In this document: positions 32,974 to 40,047 of the stretch, in pieces | Position numbering within the stretch: the first letter of the stretch is position 1 | How the letters are laid out: the number at the start of each line of letters is the position of its first letter | Origin: Chromatiaceae bacterium | Lineage (GTDB): Bacteria; Pseudomonadota; Gammaproteobacteria; Chromatiales; Chromatiaceae | DNA: 64,000 nucleotides | Assembly (NCBI GenBank): GCA_016714645.1 | Contig: JADKCI010000001.1 | Coordinates: 35,581-99,580, forward strand | Direction: 5' to 3' | Made by a program: the position numbers and the translations under genes | The notes under the pieces: model-generated | What the model was told of the DNA's origin: nothing | The model's database searches: none | The model's input: only the letters and a program-made list of their open reading frames with translations

Positions 32974-33120
32974 AAATAAGTCTTTAGCACTTGCCAGGCC
33001 ATAAGCATTACCAGATCATGGGTCTAAGGTACTGAAGACTTTCTGTGACTGACTTAAGCACCAATGGAAGACTGCGACACGACTTCGGACTTTTCTGCAA
33101 CCCAAAGGCGGATCAAGACC

Positions 33121-35955
33121 ATGCCCAAGCCATTTCACCAAATCACCCTCGACCAGTTCGCCGAGCTGCTCGAAAAATTCCCATTCACTCGCGCCATCGA
33201 GTCCGTGCACATGCACCACACCTGGCGGCCCAATCGCAGTCAGTACCGGGGCCTGTCCACGATCGAGGGCATGTGGACCTTTCATACCCAGACCAACGGT
33301 TGGTCGGATATCGCGCAGCACATTTCCATCGCGCCGGACGGGAGCATCTGGACCGGACGCAATTGGAACCAGCCGCCTGCCAGCGCCTCGGGCTTTAATG
33401 GCAACCGCACCGCCGGGCCGTTTATGTTCGAGATCATCGGGGATTTCGATGTCGGCAAGGATCCCTTCGACGGCCCGCAGAAACACACGGTCCTGTCCGT
33501 CATCGCCCTCGTGCAAAGGCACTTCAAGCTGAAGCCGGACACGCTCCGCTTCCACAACCGCATGTCCAGCAAGACCTGCCCCGGCAGTGGCGTGGATTAC
33601 GAGACGATACTCAAGGAGGTCGCCGAGATCCGCGCCGAGATCGACGCCCAGGCGGCGCCGCGCGCCGCCCCCCGGAACTTCCCGTTCAACGACAGCGCCC
33701 GCGCGATCTTTCGGGTCATCGATACGTTGCGTACCACCGTCGCGACGAACGATGTCGATGCCGAGGGTTGCCTCCACGACTCGACGAGCGAGGCGGCGTT
33801 TTCCCGCAGCACCGTCCCCGCTCCGGCGGGTCATGGCGCGCGGGGTGGCGGCGAGTTGCTCACACCCGAGGCGCTCCACCAGCTACAGCCTCACGTCATC
33901 AATCTGAACCTCGGACGCTTGTCGTCGGAGGGACTCTTCAAGACGCGCGAGGCGGATGTGGACGCGATCTTCGAGGAGCATCTGCCGACGTGGGCGGCGC
34001 AGCGGGGTGGGAAGATTCCGATCGTCTTTTACGCGCACGGCGGGCTGACCTCGGAGGAAAGCGGGCTACTCACCGCGGTCGAGCAGGTCGAGTGGTGGAA
34101 GGCAAACGGCGCCTACCCGATTCACTTCGTTTGGGAGACGGGCTTGCTCGAAACGCTCGGCCAGCTCATCGCGCCCGGGCGCCGACGCGACATCGATTTC
34201 GCCGCGCCCAGTGATTTCCTGATCGAGACGGCCGCCCGCACCCTCGGGGGCGTGAAGATCTGGTCCGGGATGAAGGTCAGCGCCGAGCGGGCGTCGGACG
34301 CAAACGGCGGCGCGCGCTACGCCGCGCGCAAGCTCAAGGCATTCTGTGACGCATACAAAGATCGCGTCGAGCTGCACGCGGTTGGTCATAGCGCAGGCTC
34401 GATCTTTCACGCCTACTTTGTCCCCGCTGCGCTCGATGAGGGCGCCCCGAATTTCCGTAGCTTGCACTTCCTCGCACCGGCCGTCCGGGTCGATACCTTC
34501 GAGCAGCAATTGCTGAAGAGGATCGGCAAAGACAAGGGCGTCGATCACCTCAGCGTCTTCACCATGGCACGCGCCTTCGAAGAGGATGACAACTGCTTCT
34601 CGGTCTACCGCAAGTCGCTCCTCTATCTCATTTACTACGGGCTGGAGCCGGACCGCAAGACCCCGATCCTCGGCCTCGAAGAATCCATCCGCGACAACGC
34701 CAGGCTGAAGCGGCTCTTCGACCTCGACCGCAAGGGCAACGCGGCCGGGGAAGTCATCTGGTCCGTGTCGAAAGACACCACGGGACGCTCGGCGACGACC
34801 TCGCGCACCCACGGCGGCTTCAACAATGACGCGCCGACCATGCAAAGCGTCGCGCAGCGCATCCTGGACAAGGAGGTCACGCCCTTTACGGGTACGGAAG
34901 AGCGCGGGCTCGGCCTGATCGACTCGCTCAGCCATCTCGACCCCGCGCTGGCCGAATACGTTCGGCCGTCCACGACCTCCCCGCAAGCGCCAACGTCCCT
35001 CACGCCGACCGCCGCCCCCTCCGCGGGCGGCGGCGGCCGGCGCGCCCTGTGCGTCGGGATCGATCGCTATCCCACGGCCCCGCTCGAGGGCTGCGCGAAC
35101 GATGCCCGCGCCTGGCGCGAGACCTTCCGCGCGCTCGGCTTCGACACCCCGATCCTCCTTATCGACGAACAGGCCACCCGCAGCGCGATCATGCGCGAAC
35201 TCAGCGACCTGATCCGTTCGAGCCGGGCGGGTGATGTCCTCGCCTTCCAGTTCGCCGGCCACGGCACCCAGCTTCCCGATCTCAACGGCGACGAAGCGGG
35301 GGGCGACTCGCCGGGGCTGGACGAGGCGCTCTGCCCGGTGGACTTCGACCGCGGGCGCTTCGTAATCGACGACGACCTCGCCGCCCTCTTCAACACGATC
35401 CCGGACGGCGTCGGCGTCACCGTCTTCACGGACTGCTGCCACTCCGGGACGATCACGCGGTTCGCCATCGGCACGCCATCGGCCACGACGACTGGCGGCG
35501 CCGTAAAGAAACGCTTCGTCACGGCCACGCCGGAAATGAAGGCGGCGCACGCGGCCTTCCGCGCAACGCTCGACGGCAGCCGGGCCTCGACCTCGCGCGG
35601 GGTCTACGATCAGGCGCGCGAAGTGCTCTTTTGCGCCTGCCGCTCGCAGGAGGTGGCGCTCGAAAGCAACGGTCACGGCCACTTCACCGTACAGGCCACG
35701 CGCGTTCTCGCCACCGGAATCGACGGCCTGACCAATGCCGATTTCCAGACCCGCGTGATCAGCGCCTTTGGGCCGAATCCCAGCCAGAACCCGGAACTCC
35801 ACTGCACCCCCCACTTGCGAGGCCGCTTGCTCCTCGCACCCGTCTCCTCCCCCGCGGGCGGACGCGCCATCGCCAGCCAGCCGGGCAGCCCCGGCGACTC
35901 CCGCGAGGATGTCGCACGCCTCCTCGAAGACACAGCTCGCCTCGTGCGCGGTTAG
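33121..35955 (+). CDS. three-domain cytosolic hydrolase fusion: PGRP/AmpD-type amidase_2 + GxSxG alpha/beta hydrolase + caspase-like (peptidase C14-type) protease
   Basis: ORF 33064-35955; the preferred start is ATG 33121 (MPKPFHQ). The amidase_2 motifs are HMHHTW, NGWSDIAQHISIAPDGSIWTGRNW and FHNRMSSKTCPG. The hydrolase has IPIVFYAHGG and a nucleophile elbow VGHSAGS (Ser codon 34390-34392). The caspase region reads RRALCVGIDRYP...GCANDA, with His in FQFAGHGTQ (35260-35262) and Cys in FTDCCHSGT (35437-35439). There is no signal peptide or TM segment. Confidence 0.85.
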   Translation: MPKPFHQITLDQFAELLEKFPFTRAIESVHMHHTWRPNRSQYRGLSTIEGMWTFHTQTNGWSDIAQHISIAPDGSIWTGRNWNQPPASASGFNGNRTAGPFMFEIIGDFDVGKDPFDGPQKHTVLSVIALVQRHFKLKPDTLRFHNRMSSKTCPGSGVDYETILKEVAEIRAEIDAQAAPRAAPRNFPFNDSARAIFRVIDTLRTTVATNDVDAEGCLHDSTSEAAFSRSTVPAPAGHGARGGGELLTPEALHQLQPHVINLNLGRLSSEGLFKTREADVDAIFEEHLPTWAAQRGGKIPIVFYAHGGLTSEESGLLTAVEQVEWWKANGAYPIHFVWETGLLETLGQLIAPGRRRDIDFAAPSDFLIETAARTLGGVKIWSGMKVSAERASDANGGARYAARKLKAFCDAYKDRVELHAVGHSAGSIFHAYFVPAALDEGAPNFRSLHFLAPAVRVDTFEQQLLKRIGKDKGVDHLSVFTMARAFEEDDNCFSVYRKSLLYLIYYGLEPDRKTPILGLEESIRDNARLKRLFDLDRKGNAAGEVIWSVSKDTTGRSATTSRTHGGFNNDAPTMQSVAQRILDKEVTPFTGTEERGLGLIDSLSHLDPALAEYVRPSTTSPQAPTSLTPTAAPSAGGGGRRALCVGIDRYPTAPLEGCANDARAWRETFRALGFDTPILLIDEQATRSAIMRELSDLIRSSRAGDVLAFQFAGHGTQLPDLNGDEAGGDSPGLDEALCPVDFDRGRFVIDDDLAALFNTIPDGVGVTVFTDCCHSGTITRFAIGTPSATTTGGAVKKRFVTATPEMKAAHAAFRATLDGSRASTSRGVYDQAREVLFCACRSQEVALESNGHGHFTVQATRVLATGIDGLTNADFQTRVISAFGPNPSQNPELHCTPHLRGRLLLAPVSSPAGGRAIASQPGSPGDSREDVARLLEDTARLVRG

Positions 35956-35959
35956 GGCC

Positions 35960-37810
35960 ATGAAAGCGGAGAATCCAGGCGCGGCGGAAGGGCGCGACTT
36001 CACCATCGACGAGGGCGTCCAACGCGCCGCGCAAGGCCGGCCCTACGAGCGCAAGCCGGACGATCCGATGCATCGTCCACTGCGGATCTTCAGCCTGGAC
36101 CCCGCCGTCTCCCAACGGGACGGCGCGGTTGCCGAGGTCAAGGCGCCCTACGAACCGCTCCAGCCTGGACCCATCGGCGCGGTTTTCGCAGTGGACGATG
36201 TGGACGCGGCCCAAGGGACCCACTGGGGTCGTGCCGACCTCGACGACCGCACCGTCCTGCTCCGCAACGGCCACACCCCATCGACGACGAACCCGCTGTT
36301 CCACCAGCAGATGGTCTATGTCGTTTGCGCGACGGTCTACCAAACCTTCCGCAAGGCGCTCGGACGCCATGTGAGTTGGGATTTCGATGCGCGCCCGGGG
36401 GAAGAGGGACAACCGACGCGGTTACGCATCCTGCCGCATGCCTTTGTCGGTCAGAACGCGTTCTACGACCGCACGACCGGGGAACTGCTCTTTGGTTACT
36501 TCTCCGCCACCGACAAACCCCACGGCCGCACTCCGCCGGGCGGCGTCGTCTACACCTGCCTCTCGCACGACATCATTGCGCACGAGGTCACGCATGCCCT
36601 GCTCGACGGTCTGCGGGCGCACTTCTGCCAGCCGACCGGTCCCGACGTCCTCGGCTTCCACGAAGGCTTTGCCGATCTCGTCGCGGTCTTTCAGCATTTC
36701 AGTCACCGCGAGGTGGTGCAAGCGGCCATCCGCCGGTCGGAGGGTCACCTCGAAGACGCGACCCTGCTGACCGGGATCGCTCATCAATTTTCGCAGAGCC
36801 GCGGCTCGATCCAGCCCTTGCGCACGGCTTTCAAGCACATGGCCGATGCAAAGCATGAACCGAAACGATACGATCCGACGCAGGGGGCGCATGAAATCGG
36901 TGAGGTGTTGGTCCAGGCGGTCTTCGAGGCGTGGATGTCGATCTTCAACCGCAAGGTCGAGCGTTATGTCCGCCTCGCAACCGCCGGCGCCGGCCGTCTT
37001 CCTCCGAGCCAGGCGCCGGCCGATCTACGAGACATCTTCGCAGAGGAGGCCAGCAAGCTGGCGGAGCAATTCCTCGGCATCTGCATCCGCGCGATTGACT
37101 ACTGCCCGCCGGTGGACATCGCCCTCGGCGAGTATCTCCGGGCGCTGATCACCGCGGATCACGACCTCGTGCCCGACGACCCGTGGGGTTATCGCGAGGC
37201 GCTCATCGACGCCTTTCGCGTACGCGGCATCTACCCGCCGCAGTTGAGCAGCCTTTCGGAGGAGAGCCTGCGCTGGCAGGCGCCGGCGCTTTCCGTCGCG
37301 AGCATCCCGGAGTTGAGCTTCGCGCGGCTACAGTTTGCAGGCGATCCCGCGGCCCCGGCCAGTCCGGAGGAGTTACTCCGCCAGGCGCGCGCCCTCGGCG
37401 CGGTGGTCGGTCGCCCTGAGCACCTCGCACACTTCGGTCTGGCGCGCAGCAACGACCCCGAGCTCGGGGAAGACACCGTCGACCTGCCGCGGGTGCAATC
37501 GATCCGCAGTTCCCGTCGCGTCGGCCCGGATGGCCAGATCGTCTTCGACCTCGTGGCCGAAGTCACGCAACGCCGCACCGTCCGCGATCCGCGCGGCGCC
37601 TTCGACACCTTCGGCGGCGCAACCGTGATCATCGGCCCCAAGGGCGAATTCCGTTACGTCATCGCGAAAAACGTCCTCAACGAGGATCGGCTCACCAGCC
37701 AGCGGGAATTCATCCACGGCGCGGGAAGGCCGTTTTGCGAGCTGCGAGGGGGCGCGCTAGCGCCGATCAGCAACGCATTTAAGCTTCTCCACGAGCCTAA
37801 AACGCCATGA
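35960..37810 (+). CDS. cytosolic thermolysin-like (gluzincin, HExxH...ExxxD) zinc metalloprotease with an uncharacterised roughly 250-aa C-terminal region
   Basis: ATG 35960 lies 4 nt after the upstream stop and in frame with track ORF 35768-37810. HEVTH is at 36581-36595. The third ligand is in GFHEGFAD (Glu 36662-36664), 23 residues after the second His (20 in thermolysin). There is no signal peptide. Confidence 0.8.
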   Translation: MKAENPGAAEGRDFTIDEGVQRAAQGRPYERKPDDPMHRPLRIFSLDPAVSQRDGAVAEVKAPYEPLQPGPIGAVFAVDDVDAAQGTHWGRADLDDRTVLLRNGHTPSTTNPLFHQQMVYVVCATVYQTFRKALGRHVSWDFDARPGEEGQPTRLRILPHAFVGQNAFYDRTTGELLFGYFSATDKPHGRTPPGGVVYTCLSHDIIAHEVTHALLDGLRAHFCQPTGPDVLGFHEGFADLVAVFQHFSHREVVQAAIRRSEGHLEDATLLTGIAHQFSQSRGSIQPLRTAFKHMADAKHEPKRYDPTQGAHEIGEVLVQAVFEAWMSIFNRKVERYVRLATAGAGRLPPSQAPADLRDIFAEEASKLAEQFLGICIRAIDYCPPVDIALGEYLRALITADHDLVPDDPWGYREALIDAFRVRGIYPPQLSSLSEESLRWQAPALSVASIPELSFARLQFAGDPAAPASPEELLRQARALGAVVGRPEHLAHFGLARSNDPELGEDTVDLPRVQSIRSSRRVGPDGQIVFDLVAEVTQRRTVRDPRGAFDTFGGATVIIGPKGEFRYVIAKNVLNEDRLTSQREFIHGAGRPFCELRGGALAPISNAFKLLHEPKTP

Positions 37811-37923
37811 GCGCCGCCACCGAGCTTATCGTGCCGGCGAGAGAACGCTGGTCTCACACCGGGTTCGCAATCGAGCAGGGCGCAGGTTGGACGAAGCCGC
37901 TACCGCGGCAGATGAGGACTGCC
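37807..37923 (+). pseudogene. 5' remnant of a third operon gene, truncated by the IS91-like end
   Basis: ATG 37807 overlaps the TGA of the protease gene (ATGA). The product reads MSAATELIVPARERWSHTGFAIEQGAGWTKPLPRQMRTA, then runs into the GGGATA repeats and terminal box of IS91-like relic C and stops at 37971. At 54 codons it falls below the ORF-track cutoff. Confidence 0.4.
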
Positions 37924-38775
37924 TATAGGGATAGGGATAGGGATAGGAAGTTCAACCGCACCGGCGGCTGAAGCAGCGCTAACGTAGCATCGCCGGGAGG
38001 GGCGTGGCAAGGCCCGGCAAGCCCCGCGAGGGAGCTGACTGGCAGGAACGGGGGCGAGGTAGCCCTCTCGGAGGGGGCCGAGTGGGCGTGAGGGGTGGTC
38101 TGCCGGCGGCCTGGGTGCAGGCAGCGGCGCGTCGCTGGCCGGTGGCGAGGACGGAAGGAGGCTACCACTGCACTTCCTGGTTGAAGACGTACTCGGGTGA
38201 GGGTTGCGCCAGGGCGTCCCAGTCGGGTACGGCCTCGACCGGTGGGTCGTCCCAGGCCGGCGGTCCGCGGGCCGGGCTGATGCGTGGCGGCTCGGGGGGT
38301 TCGCCGATGTGGTTGAGTATCCGCCGCAGCGGGGCCGCTTCGGTAACGAAGGCGATGATGCGCATGTCGGCACCGCAGTTGGGGCAGGCCAAGGGCAGCG
38401 ACGCGAACAGGCGTGCGAGCAGCATGGCCCACAGGTAGTGCGCCGGGGAGCGGTGACTGGGTGGCGCGGCAGCGGGCGGTGAAGGTGGCGGCGCAGCCGC
38501 CACAGGCGGTGGGTGAGTCAGGTCGGGGTCCGCATCGCGCCCGTAGGCGGTGGCGGCCAGGCGCAGTGGCGCATTGGGTGCGAGCACCCCATGGTAGCGA
38601 TGGCGGTGCAGCCGCGGCGGGGGGATCAGGGCCGCGAGGTGGTCGATGAACTCCAGCGGGATGAGGGACAGCGCGGTGCGCCCGTCGCGCTGGGGCCTCG
38701 GCAGGCGATAGACGATCCGCTCATCGTTGACCTGCTCGAGGCGCTCAAGGGCGAAGGGCGGACGGGCACAGCATG
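37924..38775 (-). mobile_element. IS91-family-like element, 3' half relic (copy C)
   Basis: The terminal box GATAGGAAGTTCAACCGCAC (37942-37961) is preceded by (AGGGAT)3. About 200 nt of tail follows, then the C-terminal half of the transposase. The 5' half is missing. Confidence 0.65.
38162..38770 (-). pseudogene. IS91-family (Y2 HUH) transposase, C-terminal roughly 200 aa only
   Basis: The open frame reads PPFALERLEQVNDERIVYRLPRPQRDGRTALSLIPLEFIDHLAALIPPPRLHRHRYHGVLAPNAPLR...CPNCGADMRIIAFVTEAAPLRRILNHIGEPPEPPRISPARGPPAWDD...PEYVFNQEVQW*. An upstream in-frame stop lies at about 38778. Confidence 0.7.
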
Positions 38776-38975
38776 CTTAGCGAGGGACGTTCCACGCACC
38801 CTTTGTGACCGGGAATCATCAAGCGTTGGTGGTTTCAACATTCGTGGGGGTAGCGCTCGCTGTCGGCGTGGCGCTAGACAGATCGGTCTCGCCGCACTTG
38901 CCGCATCCGACGTCCTGGAAATTTCCGCCATGCCCTGCTAATTTGCACATAACCAGTGTAAGCGGGGCCTGTGAT

Positions 38976-39197
38976 ATGAGTATCACCCTTTCCATCGATG
39001 AGAAGACGCTGTCGGCAGCGCGCAAGGTCGCGGCTGCTCGCGGGCAGAGCCTCAATCAACTGATTCGCGACGAGCTTGCACGGCTGACGGGCGTGGAGCA
39101 CCACCGCGCGGATTGGCAGGAGCTCGAATCGCTGAGCGGGACAGGTCATTCCCGAGGCTGGCACTTCGACCGCGACGAGCTGCATGAAAGAACGTAG
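38976..39197 (+). CDS. vapB: type II antitoxin (VapB-like)
   Basis: 73 aa from ATG 38976 (MSITLSIDEKTLSAARKVAAARGQSLNQLIRDELARLTG). It overlaps the PIN toxin gene by 14 nt. Confidence 0.65.
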   Translation: MSITLSIDEKTLSAARKVAAARGQSLNQLIRDELARLTGVEHHRADWQELESLSGTGHSRGWHFDRDELHERT

Positions 39198-39609
39198 CTT
39201 CCTGGACACCAACGTTCTGGTTTACACCGACGACGCCGACGCACCGGCCAAGCAGGCAACCAGCTTGTCGCTGTTGCGCGCGGGATGGGCAACTGGAAAC
39301 GGCGTGCTGTCCACGCAGGTGTTGCAGGAGTACTTCGCCGCGGTCACCCGCAAGCTGGGCGTCGATGCGGCCGTCGCGCGCCGCAAGGTCGAGCTCTTTG
39401 GCCGCTTGGAGATGCTGAGCATTGGCCACGACGACATCCTGCGCGCCATTGATCTCCACCGCCTGCACGGCTTTTCGATTTGGGATGCCTTGATCGTCAC
39501 CATGGCGCTCAAGGCCCAATGGCGGGTGCTGTATTCCGAAGACATGCAGGACGGACGCGTCATCGACGGTCTGCGAATTGCCAATCCATTCAAGCCCGAG
39601 AGCCGGTAG
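39184..39609 (+). CDS. vapC: PIN-domain toxin VapC
   Basis: 141 aa. The acidic PIN residues appear in FLDTNVLVY, LQEYF, IWDALIV and YSEDMQDG. Confidence 0.85.
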   Translation: MKERSFLDTNVLVYTDDADAPAKQATSLSLLRAGWATGNGVLSTQVLQEYFAAVTRKLGVDAAVARRKVELFGRLEMLSIGHDDILRAIDLHRLHGFSIWDALIVTMALKAQWRVLYSEDMQDGRVIDGLRIANPFKPESR

Positions 39610-39682
39610 GTGGGTCAGTTTAGGTGGCCAGTAACACGCCGACTTTCAGCGGCCATCTCACTTTCGCTTTTAAGCACGAGGG

Positions 39683-39969
39683 CCTCTGGGCCATCCTCGT
39701 CTTTCAACTGGACTTGGTGGACACCCTTCGTCAAGCCATCACCTTCTGCGGCAGTACCTATACCACCGTCGGCTACAACAGCGATCTGATGCCCGAAGGC
39801 TGGAAAGTGATGACCATGATCATCGCCCTGTCCGGCATGTTCTCCTTCGCCTGGACCACGGGCATCATGATGATGATGCTCAGGCCCTTCCATGCCGCCC
39901 AATACGCCCGCATCACCGGCCGGGACCCACAAAACGCCCCCTTCTCGGCGGACCAACCCAAGAATTAGC
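39683..39969 (+). pseudogene. 5'-truncated, diverged duplicate of the K+-channel-like gene 3' end
   Basis: Collinear with 29377-29663, including the TTVGY filter and the stop codon. I count about 12 mismatches by eye. Upstream of 39683 the sequence is unrelated to the intact gene. Confidence 0.8.
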
Positions 39970-40047
39970 CACCCGCCCCAGGCCGATCCCAAACACGGCG
40001 GGATAGATGGGTCGGTGGCACTCCTCGCTGGGCTGGAAAAGGGTTAG

